From the human T2T-CHM13v2.0 reference genome, Homo sapiens, in NCBI RefSeq assembly GCF_009914755.1, contig NC_060927.1: a DNA stretch of 64,000 nucleotides; one strand, given 5' to 3'. The notes under the pieces are model-generated. The model was not told the DNA's origin. It saw nothing but the letters and a program-made list of their open reading frames with translations, and did not search any database. This document shows, one piece after another, positions 1 through 54,545 of this stretch. Position 1 is the stretch's first letter, and the number at the start of each line of letters is the position of its first letter. Position numbers and translations under genes: made by a program.

Positions 1-182
1 CAGCCTCCCGAGTAGCTGGGACTACAGGCACGTGCCACCATGCCCAGCTAATTTTTGTATTTTTAGTAGATACGGGGTTTCACCATATTGGCCAGGCTGG
101 TCTCAAACTCCTGACTGCGTGATCCGCTCGCCTCAGCCTCCCAAAGTGCTGGGATTACAGGCATGAGCCACCGTGCCCGGCC
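1..182 (-). mobile_element. AluS, cut by window edge
   Basis: Reverse complement of the Alu left arm and part of the right arm, ending ...gagccaccgtgcccggcc. Confidence 0.93.
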
Positions 183-504
183 TAAAATTAATGTTCTTTC
201 TTAGATCTCTCATCAAAACCATTCTACAAGTATTTGCTAGGTATGTGTTGCGTGCCAAGTACTTTGCAGATTCCATATAATAGTTATGAAAAAAACCAAA
301 CCACGCAATGTCACATGAACGGAGGCGAGACAGTTCAGCTAGCAGTACAGAAGGACACATAAGCACTGCACGTACGTGGGAAAGGGCACAGAGCAAGCGC
401 TGGGCCGGGAGGAATCAGAAGGCCCATGCAAGAGCTGGGGGCGGTATCTGGTTGTGTTCTGGAAGCCTCTTTCTTTCCTTTTTTTTAGGCAGGTTTTTTT
501 CTTT

Positions 505-1100
505 GTAACTTTTATTTAGAAATAATATCAGATTTATAGAGGAGTTGCAAAAAGAATCCAAAGGATTGTTATATGCCCTTTATCTCAATTCCACAAATAT
601 TAATATTTTATCACATTTGTTTTTATCATACTCTTCCTCTACATATATGAAGTTTATATATGATGTTCCTTTGCCCCTTAAATACTTCAGTATTTCCTAA
701 AACACAAAGACATTCTCTTATGTAACCACAGTACAACGATCAAAACTAGGAAGGTAGTATTTGATTCAGGACCCAAACCAGAATCACACACTGCATTTAA
801 TTGTCCTTCTTTAGTCTCCTTTAATCTGGAATAGTTCCTCAGTCTCTGTCTTTTGTGACCTTGACATTTTTAAAGAATTTTCCTCAATTTGGTTTTTGAT
901 GATGTTTTCATTTAGTGCATTATATCAGGGGGCACCTGACGTCAATTTGACCCATTACTGGTGGTGTTACTGTTGGTCCCTTAGTTAAGGGGGTTTCTGC
1001 CATGTTTTCCCACTGTAAAGATACATTTTCTGGTGGGGAGATACTTTGAGGCAGTTAATTATTTTCATAATGGTAGCCAAGTGGTGGTAATTTTTTTCTT
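505..1100 (-). mobile_element. Old L1M (L1MC/ME-like) 3' fragment
   Basis: AT-rich sequence resembling ancient L1 3' ends (tttagaaataatatcagatttatagaggagttgcaaa); boundaries approximate. Confidence 0.55.
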
Positions 1101-1250
1101 TAAACATTTAGATTGGACATGCTTATTATGGCAAGTTGAAAAATAGAGAAAAGGGAAGAATAAATATTACCGAGGGCAAATCCTCAGTGTTTTTCTGAGC
1201 ATACTTTTGTTTACTTATAGTTGTGGTTATACCACGTATATTTTGAATTC

Positions 1251-1520
1251 TTTTTTTTTTTTTTTTTTTTTTTGAGATGGAGTCTCACTCTGTCGCTGAG
1301 GCTGGAGTGCAATGGTGCGATCTCGGCTCACTGCAAGCTCCGCCTCCTGGGTTCACGCCATTCTCCTGCCTCAGCTTCCTGAGTAGCTGGGACTACAGGC
1401 GCCCGCCACCACGCCCGGCTAATTTTTTGTATTTTTAGTAGAGACGGGGTTTCACTGTGTTGGCCAGGATGGTCTCGATCTCCTGACCTCGTGATCCGCC
1501 CACCTCGGCCTCCCAAAGTG
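1251..1520 (-). mobile_element. AluY-like element, 5'-truncated by about 30 nt
   Basis: Poly-T 1251-1273; AluY-type positions (gcaagctccgcc, ttcacgccattc, ggtctcgatctcc); stops at ...cccaaagtg; flanked by tgaattct on both sides. Confidence 0.9.
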
Positions 1521-4359
1521 AATTCTATTTTTAAAGACATTAAAGCAAATATTTTTGCATTGCGAAGTCTTTAAAAACACCATTTAAATAAAATACCATC
1601 TAAATGGCTTATTCTTCTATTGAGTGGTTTACTCTGTGTAACCATTCTGTTGTTGTTGGACATTTAGGTTGTTTATAGGTTTTAACTCTTATGGTTAGAA
1701 TGGTTGTGAGTCATACGTGTGTCAGACCTCTGCTAATTTCCTCAGGACACATTCCCAGAAGTGGAATTACCAAGTCAAAGAGCATAAATACTTTAGAGAT
1801 ACATGATAAATTGTGCCAGCTACCTTTCCAAAAGAGTTGTACTAGTTGAGGTTTCTGCCAGCAGTATATGACAGTTGGGCTCCATATTTTAAGAGATTCA
1901 CTAATGGTGTTTCTCAACCTTTTTTTTTTAAACTGTGACCCACCAATGAAGATTTGTGTTGAGATTAATTTCCTATATTTTGACTTATGAGAGCCTAGGT
2001 ATTTATTTCTAAAAATAAATTATGGTATAAAATAGCACATTACTCTTTTCAAGCTGCAACAGTCTGAAACAGAGCATTGGGAAGAACTCTGGGAATCACT
2101 GAGGTGGCAGTGTCTAGACAGTGGGGATTTGAGGTCACACGTGAGGAATTAGGATATTTCACCTAGAGAATCCTAAAAGAGACGTGTTTGCTGTCTTTGG
2201 AGTGTGATAGGCTGACAGATGGGTGTGTGTGTGGGGGGGATTTAACATTTCTAATGAGGAGCCCTCCAAGATGATATGGGTATGGTGTAGGACATGGGAC
2301 TTCTACATATTAGCATATTGAGTTCCCACAGCCTTCTGGGTCCAGCTGAGTTGAGTGGTCTCAGGAGATTTTGAGTCCTTGGCTCTGGAGGGCTACCTGG
2401 AGGCTGGAGACGGTATGTGAGGAATTTTGAGGGGATTTCTATATTTTTGGGAAACTCATCAGCCCAACTCAACTCTGAATTGAAAGAGATGTCCTAGCTT
2501 TTCTGTCTCCAGCAGTGGTCCTCTTACCAGAAAAGGGCTGAGGTAAGGAAATTGGAGAGTTCCCGGGCTAATTCTTCTTTCATTTGTGAATAGCTGGCAC
2601 CAGGTGACCAAAGTACCTGATAAGAACAGGCACACTGAAAATTTGGGCTACTGGGAAGAACACTGGGTAAATCAATCCCTTGACAGTCTCTCTGTCTCCT
2701 TCCTTATAAATAACATATCTAAAGTTAATGCATGATTTGGTGCTTGAGGCACTTTGAAATATCCCAGTTGGAACAGATGTTTGTATTTCTTTCTAGTTAA
2801 AGCTTTTGTTCAGTGGGCACTCAAGATCTATTTGTGTGTGCCAGAACACCCAGAATGAGAGCTCCTTAAAAAGATCATTTATTTCACCCATGCAGAAGCC
2901 TGCACAGGGATATTCCAGGGCCAGAGTATCCCTCTGTGGTGTCAGGGACCCAGGTAACGTCTATCTTATTAGCTCCTCTTTAGCAGGCCCTTCCTCCCCA
3001 TTGTCTCAAGGTGGCTACTTGAGTTCCAGCCATCTTGTCCAAATTCCAGCTGGCAGGAATGAGGCAGGGACTAAGAAGACTCTTATCAGATGTCTGTTAG
3101 GGACAGTTTCTAAAAGTTGCCACATCACACTTAAGCTTACATTCCAAGGGCTGGAACATGGCCCCCTTGCTGCAAGGGAGACTGAGAGATAAGGCTTTTA
3201 TTGCGGGTGGCCACATGCCCAGGGAAACTCAATGGTTTCTTCACAAGGTGTGATTACCTCACAGTACTTCTCTGGTGGTGGTCGTGAGAATGGGTTTACC
3301 AAATGATATGATTGTAAAGAACTTTGGAAATCACTTTCAGTTCCTCAGTTTTCCAGAGTAGGAAACAGACTTGGAGAAGGAGAGATGACAACTAGTAATA
3401 ATCAAAGTCAGCACAAAACTTGAGCTTCTGACTCCAAGTACGGTGTTCTTTCCGCCAAACCACCAGCTCTAAATTCTCAGCCCGCTCAAGTTCTCTGACC
3501 TTGGATTCAGGGCCACATCTGTTTTCTCAGGTCTTCCTCTTTTCCCTGAGTCCCTTTCGTACCAGCTTCTTATGAGTCTAGACTTAGATTCTGACATTTA
3601 AAAACTATTTTGAGCAAAATGTGGGTTAAACTAAATTAAACCTGTTTCTTCACAGTTCTTAACATAAGGGTATCTTTTTTTCAGGTGGCAGAGCAAAAGA
3701 GGTTGAGTCCCACCTTCACCCTTTTTCCTCAATGTTAAACTTCTGTTCCCAAGTCTTCCTCCGTTAGCAAGCTGCTTTTACATAATTGAATATCTCTGGC
3801 TTCATGGTCTGCATTGAATAGTAAATCTATAATGACAGACGGCTTTGCTAGTTACAGAGAATGCGAGGGTGCTGGCACGCGCCCCAGAGATGAGGAGCTT
3901 TTTAAAGCTGAGGTGTAATGTGGCAAGGACTGTTCTCCCTGATTATCTCCCAGCGTGCTGGGACTCTTATCTCTTTAGTCTGATGGAGATGCTGGGTGGC
4001 GATCAGCCTCATTAAGTGAGCTGAGTGAAGAGAGGAGTTTGTGTGTGCTATGTTAGCAGATTGGGAGGACCACACACTTCCTGCACACAGCCTCTGGCTG
4101 GAAACAGACCTGGGCTAATTGCCACATTTAGGATCTTCATGCTCTTGGCCCCAGGAACCTTGGGAGACTCCAGGATCTGCTGGACTTGCAGAAAGCAGAG
4201 GGTTAGTCTAAACCCCTGCTGGGACCCTCCTTGCCCTGGGATTCTGGGAGATAGGGGCATTTCCTGGTTGCTTCGGTAGGCCCTGCCTTGGAAGGAGATG
4301 TTCCTTTTCTGCTTGTGTTGTGCCATCTGTTGCAGCAGTCCAGGGAGCTTGTGGGGTTG

Positions 4360-4570
4360 AGAGAAGCAGGCCTCCTGTGGCCTGGAGTCGGGAGGCCCAA
4401 GTTCTAGTCCTGGCTCTGTTACTTACCTACTGTGTGACCTTGGTAATTAATGTAACCTGTCTGAGCCTCAGTTTCTTCATCTGTAGGATGAGGCGAGTAC
4501 CTACCCACTGGGGTATTGTGAGGGGTAAACGAGTTAGTGGGTATGAAACCTGGGAAGTGTGCTCTAAATG
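4360..4570 (+). mobile_element. MIR
   Basis: MIR core: tgtgtgaccttgg...tctgagcctcagtttcttcatctgta. Confidence 0.8.
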
Positions 4571-4839
4571 TGCCGTGTGACCTCTTGGTCTGGGTCGCTG
4601 TGCAGCTGGTGATGATTTGAGGTTTTCTGGTGGCTGAATGTGTGTACGTGTTCGCTCCTTCCTGCCTGGACCTGCTGCCCTGCCTGATTGCAGGCAGGGC
4701 CCCTGGAGAGGAAGAGGTGGTCCCCGTGTTACTGCTGTCCTTGCTCCCCTTATAAGTTGTCTCGCTAATAAAGAGAAGTGCAATTATTCTGTGCTTCTGC
4801 ATGCCAAACATTATGTTAGATTCTTTGTCATCTCTCCCC

Positions 4840-5010
4840 TCATGTAGTCCTGAGCCACTCTGCAAGGTGGGCATTGGTATTCTCCTCTCCACCTTGTAGG
4901 TGGGGAGTTGACACTCAGAGGTCTAGTAACAGGCCTGAGGTCATCCTGCTATAAATGGTGGCACCTGGATTTCCCCCAGGTCTGTCTGACTCCTGAGCCA
5001 GTGCTCTTTC
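4840..5010 (-). mobile_element. MIR
   Basis: Reverse MIR: gaggtcatcctgctataaatggtggcacctggatttcccccaggtctgtctgactcc. Confidence 0.7.
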
Positions 5011-6199
5011 TGTGGTGTCTGGAAGACTGCAGAGGGAGAAGAGAGTGGGTTTCTAAGTGGGATGGTGGTTTGTCTGGCCGGCCCTGAATGAGCAGACACC
5101 TGTTACAAGAGCACGGCAGGGGGTCTGGAAGATGAGGAAGGACTCAGTCTCCACCCCATTGCCTCCAGCCATGGCAGAGGTGGGCAGTGAGGACCTCCGT
5201 GCCTGGCATTCTGGTGCTGTTGGGCTCTGAAGAGAGCCTGTACTCAGGGGAGGGGTTGGGTGGTGGAAGGGAACTGGTGCTCGGGGTGGGGGAGGGGGGG
5301 TGCAGTGAAGCTCTGTGAGGGGGTTTGGAGGTTAGAGGCATTGGTGCTCTGACAGCGATGTGCTGGTTGGCTGATAATAGGCAGGACCTGGCATTGGGGG
5401 CCTCTATTTCCCAGCAGCAGAAAAGGGGAAAGCCATTTTTCCCGGCAGTTTTCTGCCCTGCACCAGGGAGATGCTTTATGGGTCTCAGCCCAGCCAGCGG
5501 GGGCAGCTCAGCCCTGATGTAAATACTGTTAAAGCTGAGGGTTGTGAGCAGAAAGAAAGCAATTATTGGAGAAGGTCAGAAGGAGTTTGCATGGTGAACA
5601 AAGGGGATCTTTTTTCTCTCCTCTACCTCTAGAGCGATTGACTTCGAATGTAAAGAGCCTGCCAAGCCCAGGAACAATGCCGTGGCTGGCATGGAACCCT
5701 GGCTGCCTTTGGAAGCACTTCTCAAATCCTGCCCTCTCCCCCAAGGGCTTGACAAAGGAACAGATAGTTTTTGCATCATTAACGTTGTTATTGTTGCTGT
5801 AGTTATTGTTGTTATCAAGGTTTGTGGGTTGTGACTTATGAAGTCTGCAGTAAGGCTCTTGGCAAGGTGCTCCGAGGCTTGCTGGGACTGCATCTTAAGG
5901 AAAGGAAGGAGCGTGCACATTGGAAAGGTTAAAATAGACTGAAGTGGAGGAGAAAGGAGAATGTTAAGTGGCAGGAGGAAAGTCCCCTTGGGCTTATGGG
6001 GAGGGGAGGAAAGGGCTCCCACTTGTCTGCATCTGTGGTTGTTTGCTAGGGTGAGGGTCTGTCTGAGGCCAGACACAGAGGGGCCTTTCATCCTTCCCCT
6101 TCTCAGAAGCCCAGTTAGTGTCTTAGCTCTTTGGACCCCATCTCCCTGGATTCTCCCTGATCGACCTATCCTGATTATTTTTCCTCTCTCATTCTCAGA

Positions 6200-7100
6200 T
6201 CCTGCCACTCTAGGCAAATCCTGCTTCTCCTGTGCCCACTAACGCCCGCACGCCCCCATCTTCATGGGATACAACTTATCCTTCTTCTGACCCTGTGGCA
6301 CTTCCTTGCACCTTCCCATTATCACCGCAGCTCCTGTGCTGGGTAGACTTTCTCTCCTCTGCAGCCTGGCTTCCAGCTCCCGCCACGTGTACTGCTGACA
6401 TTCTCTCCAGTGTTCCCAGGGACTTCACAGCCTTTGGCCCTGTCCCAGCCTCCCCACTCTGACTGCCTGTGGATCACTCTCTTTTCTTTAGAAGTGTCCC
6501 CTCCCTGGTCTCTGTGGACGCAGCCCTCCCCACCTCCCTCTTGGTCCTGCCTCCTCCCTCACTGAGGGTGTTTCCTGTCTCCTCCCTCTGAGCCCGGTCC
6601 GTGGGGACTTCATTTACTTGGTGGCTCACCTTGCAACCTGGAGGAGGCCTGTATTTGATGCCTCACTGTCTACCTGTCCAAAACCTGAGCCTATTATCAT
6701 CTTCCTTAATGTAAGAGAAAAGCCTCCTCTGCTGCTGCTTCTCCGTTCTTCCACCTTTGGCTGTTGTTGCAGTCTCCCAGCCCGGAATTCTAAGAGTCAT
6801 TTTAGACTTTTTTACTCTTTCTTCCTCACTTACCTATGAATAGTCATTGGGTTTTGTTGTTTTTCCCTCTGAGGCTTTTGCATTGATCTGTGTCTCTCCA
6901 CGCGGGCAGCCACCCAGCAGGGCCCTCCACCTCCGGCCTCCCTGGCTGCTGCCCAGTCTGAGGTCACGGCCAGATGAGTCTCTACAATATACTGTGTTCA
7001 TCCTTTCACTCCCCTGCTAACTGGGCAATGATGCTTCCCACTCTCTTCCTGCACCAGGCCAGGTCCTTGGGCAGGCTTTGAAGAGCCCAGCCTGCCCCCA
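6200..7100 (+). mobile_element. L2 fragment(s), highly diverged
   Basis: Pyrimidine-rich L2-like motifs (gatcactctctttt, cactgtctacctgtccaaaacctgagc); boundaries approximate. Confidence 0.45.
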
Positions 7101-8289
7101 CTGCCTTCTGCCATGCTCTAGCCCAGACACCCCCTGAGCTGTGGTCTGTGTGGCTTCCATCGACCCTTCTGGGCCTCCCAAGGGCTGCTGTGGACTCACC
7201 CCATCACATACTGATAGTGGGTGACCTCTGCTAAGGCCAGGAGTGTGGTAACAGTGTAATTTGTCATGTTTATAATACTGGTCAAACATTTCCTGAGGGC
7301 TTTCAATGCGCCAGGCCTTGTGTGGGGGCCCTGCCCTCCTCCAGAGCTCTTAATCTTGGGGATGGGGGTGAGGGTAGGGAGGAGATGGATCCTTCATTAG
7401 GCTTCAAAACCGGATTGGCTATGGGTGATGCCCAGTCTGAGCCCCAGTGTCATGCCCAGTGATGGTTTTCAAGCAAAGTAAATTTGCTCAGCGCGTTTCT
7501 GGTTGGGCTTAACTTCTCTACTGTGTGACTCCAAATGCTGGGTGAGGGGCTTGGCTGACTGGCTGGAAGGTGGTTTGTTTAATCTCATTGGCCCTGGGTT
7601 AGATGACCTGCGGGATGGACTGGGTTTTATGGGAAGGAAGCTGAGGGTGTGCTGTGAGCCTCAGCCTCTAGTGGTTTCTCTTGTACACACTTTGTTGTCG
7701 CTGCGGCTCAGCTGCACACACCGCTGCCTGGGCAGATGAGCTCTGGGCTCACCCTCCCTCCTGCCTTCCCCTTTCCTTCTCCCCAGTTCCAGAAGCGTGG
7801 GTGCCTACCAGCCTCAGGAGGGGCTGGACTACAGGTCAGAGTCCTGAGGCCCTGGGCAAGAGCAGTTGTTGCTCTCCGCTGGTCAGATTATCTGAGGATT
7901 AAAAACAGCAGTGAGGCAATGTGTTTTTCCAACAGATTATTTTTTTTCCCTTTAATCATGTGCATTGAGCTGTGGAGTTTTCAGTCTGAAGTCCGTTAGC
8001 TCCCTGGGAGTAGTAGGATAACATGTAATAATAATAAAGTTTAGCAGACTTTTTGGTGAGCTCTTAAGGTGGCTTGCATAAGGGCAGCGGGTCCTCAGAC
8101 ATTTTACCCTGCTCTGCAGGGTGTGATGAGGGAGAAATCATTCCTTGGCTTCCTCCTGGATGGGTTTACTCTGGGAAGAGGGAAACTTTGAATTCCAATG
8201 GCAGATTATATTTAGAAACACTAGAATATGGTAATGTTTCAGTCTTCTTCTCTGCTGAGATGGAAGTTTGTGTTATATATTATGGTAAC

Positions 8290-8590
8290 TGATACTCTCA
8301 GAGTGCTTTCTGATTTATAAAACACGTTCAATAAATTATCCCATTTCATCCTCATATCAATCCCACGAGGGAAGTATCATTATCTGTATGTCAGACAGGA
8401 GTCACTAAGCCTGTAAAAGGTTGAGTGACATTGGCTAGGCATCTTAGCTATTGAGTGATGAGGCTCAGACTCAATCCAAGACTTCTGACTGCAAAAAGGC
8501 AGGAGGCTGAGAAGGCGTGACTCATATTAGAAAGACTGGGATTCAGATCCTGGCTCTACTTACTAGCTATGTAATTTTGGTCAGATTATT
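8290..8590. mobile_element. Two MIR fragments in opposite orientation (about 8290-8490 minus, 8505-8590 plus)
   Basis: tttcatcctcat...gactcaatccaagacttctgact followed by gactgggattcagatcctggctctacttactagctatgt. Confidence 0.65.
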
Positions 8591-8879
8591 TTTAAAAAAA
8601 TTTTTTCTGGCAGAAATTAACACTCCTCTCAGTATGACCAAGCATATCAAATAAGCTATGGTTGCCCCTTTTTATTGACCATGTTCCTCCATGAGCTCCG
8701 TCGTTGCTCTGTTCTGGTCTGGTTGCTCTGCAGGCTGTTGAACAGTTGTCATCCTGGGATTTCTCTTCACCATCAATGTGGTAATCCTTTTGCCTCTCTC
8801 TTTCATTGAATTCTTTGTTTCCTAGTTTCCATGTCTAATTTTTCATTTATTTTTTGTTGTAGTGGAAGACGGGTCCCAG

Positions 8880-9800
8880 TATCTTTCTGAGAAAGGGTGC
8901 GCTGGTGGTAAATGTTATACATCTGATATTTTCATCTGTTCAAGTCTATTTTCATGATTGGTAGTTTGGCTGGTTACAGAATTCCAGTTAGAAATCATTT
9001 TCCTTGAGAATTGTGAAGCCAATGCTTGATTGTCTTTTGTGTGCTGATGAAGTCTTATGCCAATTCTGACTCCTGATCTTTTGTATGTTGTATTTATTTT
9101 TTCTTTGAAATGGTTAGGGTCTCCCCTTTGTCAGCAGTGTTCTGAAAGTTTTCAGTGATGTATTTTGGTAAGAGTCTTTTTATTCATGATGCTGGGCCCT
9201 GCCAACTGAAGACTCATATCCTTCAGTTTTGGAACATTTTCTTCAACTATTATTTTAATTTATTTGCTTTTTTAGAGATTGAGTCTCACTGTTGCCCAGG
9301 CTGGCCATGAACTCCTGGGCTCAAGTGATTCTCCTGCCTCAGCCTGCTAAGTAGTTGGAACTGCAGGCATGAGACGTTGTGCCAGGCTTCAAATTAATTT
9401 TTTGATAATTGATTTTCCTCTTTTTTTTTTCTTTTTCTTTTTCTGGAGTCTCTTTAATTTGGTTCTTGTGCTTAATGGGTCCATTCTCTTATTTTTCTTA
9501 AGTCCTTTTTTATTTCTTGATCTTTTTGTTGTATTTTCTAGGAGATTTTTTTTTTTCAATTCTACTTCCAACCCTAATTATTTCTGTGATAGTTTTACTT
9601 TCCAAGAGATTTTCACGATTCTCTGAGTATTTATTTTTCTTCATAACATTCTATTCTTATTTTATGGATGCACCATTTTATTTCTCTGAGAATAATAATT
9701 TTCTTGTTTTCTTCTGTTCTTTTAATTTTCTTTTTCTTCTACATTTCATCTTTCCATTGGTTTGTTCTGGTCTCTGTCTTTTGTAACCGGTGAACCTTGA
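8880..9800 (-). mobile_element. Old L1M/HAL1-type fragment interrupted by a FLAM
   Basis: gtagtttggctggttacagaattccagttagaaatcattttccttgagaatt is typical of antisense ancient L1 ORF1-region sequence. Confidence 0.6.
9267..9388 (-). mobile_element. FLAM / free Alu monomer
   Basis: Single monomer of about 120 nt: gagtctcactgttgcccaggctgg...actcctgggctcaagtgatt. Confidence 0.85.
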
Positions 9801-10680
9801 TTATCTGTCTGTTTTGAAGAGCAAGGCACTAGCACATTGACTGGCAGCTCTGTGAGTGTGTGGAGGGAGTGGAGAGTGCTTGTTTACTGGGAGAGCCTCA
9901 CAGTGGAGATTTGAGCAGGAACCCAGCTGTTTCAATTGAGGATCTCCAAATCACTGTCTTTAGGTTGTTTTTCTTATGCTCCTCAGTTTCCCCAGAGGGA
10001 AATTCTCTAATCTGTTGCCTGGGGAATAAGACTGGCAGGTGGCATTCCAGAGAAGGGAAGGGAGATGCTGGGGGCTGGGAGCTTGGAGGAATGAGTGATC
10101 TCAAGGTTCAGTTTGTAGACTTTCTTTGAATCCCCCTGTCTTTTCTGAGGGCCATCCTCCCACCCTCTGCCGGGTTATCTCCCAGTGGAACTTTTCTTAC
10201 TCAATCTCTCCATATAGTAACCCTCTTGCTTTCTGACAGGTGGGCAAGGGGCTGTTGCCCAGCTGTGCAATCTGGGCAAGGGGATCTGCTTTGTGTCTAC
10301 TCCTTATTCACACTTTTAATAAACCCCCACCCATTGCTTTTAGCCCACCCTTCATTGTGCCTGCAGAGGTGCCTGATACCTCCAGTTCCCGAAGTTTTCC
10401 AGGGTTCTCTGGGGGAGAATTGGCTCATTTCTTGTTGACTGACCTCCTGAGATCACTTGGCTGAGTAAGAAAAGCTAAAAACCTCTCACCCATCCATTCC
10501 CATCCTAAGCATTAAGGGATGATCTTATTTCTCTGTGTATTTTATGCTTTGGTGCTTCTAGATGGGATGGAGTTTTTACTTTGCCCCAGCATATGGCATT
10601 GTGGTAACATGAGGAATATGGACAGACATTGACCTCCCAGGGGGCTCTCGACTGATGTGTAACAATGCAGAATGTTTATA

Positions 10681-11009
10681 CAAACCTCCCTTGGTATCCT
10701 TGAGGGATTGGTTCCAGCATCCCGCCTCCACAGGATACCAAAACCCATGGATGCTCAAGTCCTTTATATAAAATGGCATGGTATTTGCATCTAACCTATG
10801 CATGACTTCCTGTATACTTTAAATCATCTCTAGATTTTTTATGATACCAAATACAATATAAATGCTAAGTAAGTAGTTGTTATACTGTATTGGTTTTATT
10901 GCTATTATTTTTTACTGTTATCCCGTTATTTTTTATGTTTTTCAAATGTTTTCCATCCATGGTTGGTCAAATCTGTGGATGCGGAACCTGCGAGATAGAG
11001 GGCTGACTG
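10681..11009 (+). mobile_element. MER2 (TcMar-Tigger MITE), full length with TA target duplication
   Basis: Matches remembered MER2 consensus end to end (ggattggttccag, ggatgctcaagtcctttatataaaatgg, ...gatagagggctgactg); TA at 10679-10680 and 11010-11011. Confidence 0.88.
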
Positions 11010-11242
11010 TATATATCTGCAGTCCATACAGCCTTATAAAAGTGCCTGGAGGGGAAGGGAGACTGGGAGTGGGCTGGGGAGTGTCCCTAGAGGTGAAGAA
11101 GTAGGTGTGGTGCATGAGATGTGTTGGTTTGCCCTCATCCTCTGGAAGTAAAGCAGCTCTAGGCAGCACATCCATGGGCACCGATTCTTCTGGGGCCCAG
11201 CCAGAAGCTGGAACTCACAGTCATTGGCTCCTTGATCCCCAG

Positions 11243-52721
<41,479 letters not shown>

Positions 52722-53087
52722 GTGAGTGGAACTTTGCTCCTCCCCCTCCACACCCTCCCCTCTCTCAGAGTAGGATGAGTGTGGCGCTTTGCAATGTGAA
52801 CCCAGGAAGCACTTATTTTTTGGATGCCAGGACCCATGCTAAGCCAGGGGATGCAGTGGTGACAGGCGAGGTCCCCACCCTCATAGTGCACATGGCCTAC
52901 CCCCCATTGCCATGGAAACAACACAGAAGTCCTGATCAGGCTTTACTTGTCCCTTAGCTAGAGCTCAGTGAGTCTCCACCACCCCTAGCTCTGAGCATCT
53001 TCCTCCCAGTCAGCATGAATTGGAGAAATTAAGCTGGAAGCACCCTGAGATGTTACCTAGAACAGACTGGGCCTGGAAATAAAATTA

Positions 53088-53574
<487 letters not shown>

Positions 53575-54493
53575 GATATTATCTAGGGCAGTAGTCACCT
53601 CTTACCTTACAAGGGGTCGCGGGCTGAGGCCCCAGGAGAGCCTGTGCTTGCCCAGGAGCTGAGAGGGCATGGGGAGGCCAGGCTGGAGCTGCAGATCATC
53701 CAGCATCTAGAATGCCTTCTGTCTGCTTCACCTCATTGCATTCTCATTCTGAAATGACCACAGTGAATCAAGGAAGTAAAATCCTGTAAATGCTATCAAA
53801 CGTGCTTGCGATAAGGGCTGGAAGGCCTGTGGCTCAGGAGTTTTCTGGAGCAGTGTCTTCCTACTCCCATGGAGAGTGGAAAATTGACCATAGGTGGTTT
53901 CCAAGAGGGACAAGGCTGCCCCTGGGAAGGCAGACAAGGCCGCGTGAGAGCCAGGGGATGGCAGGTGTGGGCACAGAGTGTTGTGAGTAAGAGATTGTGG
54001 AGGAAAAGCAAGAGGTCAGTGCCTCATGGAGCAGGGCTGAAATCGTGAGGTCACAGTGCATGAGGATGGTTAGTCCATAGAGGCATATTCTATCAGGAGG
54101 AAATGTTATTACTCCTCTTAATCATAGGGTCCTCATGCCAACAGTTGTGTGTCACCCTACAGTGGTAACACATTGTCTTCCTGAAGGGTCATCTTTTGTT
54201 TTACCCAGCGTGCCACAAAGTGAGTACAATTAGCCCCATTTTACAGATGAGACCGTCACACAGAGAAATGACATAGACCACCCACGGCTCCCTGAGTCCT
54301 GAGCTGCTTCAGGCCTCAAGAGCCTTAGGTTCCAGGAAGAACAGGGTCAGAGCCTGAGCCCCAGTCTCCTGGCCGCCTCCCCTTCCCCCACAGTATCCAT
54401 GAGTTTGGCTAGCCTGGGAATTGCTCATAAACATACTCTTACCATGGATTTTCCTAACTCATTATTTCTTACAAGTGCTAAATTCTTAGGAGA

Positions 54494-54545
54494 CTCTAAA
54501 GGAATAGCTCTAAAGGACCCTAAAGGAATAGCTCTAAAGGAATAG
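54494..54545. repeat. Short tandem repeat, unit CTCTAAAGGAATAG (14,10,14,14 nt)
   Basis: Read directly from sequence. Confidence 0.9.

Noticed and set aside
937-944. Perfect CRE TGACGTCA
   Set aside because: An isolated 8-mer within an old L1 fragment; about one is expected by chance.
5576-6217. 213-aa minus-strand ORF
   Set aside because: No domain similarity or splice structure; its composition is that of translated non-coding DNA.
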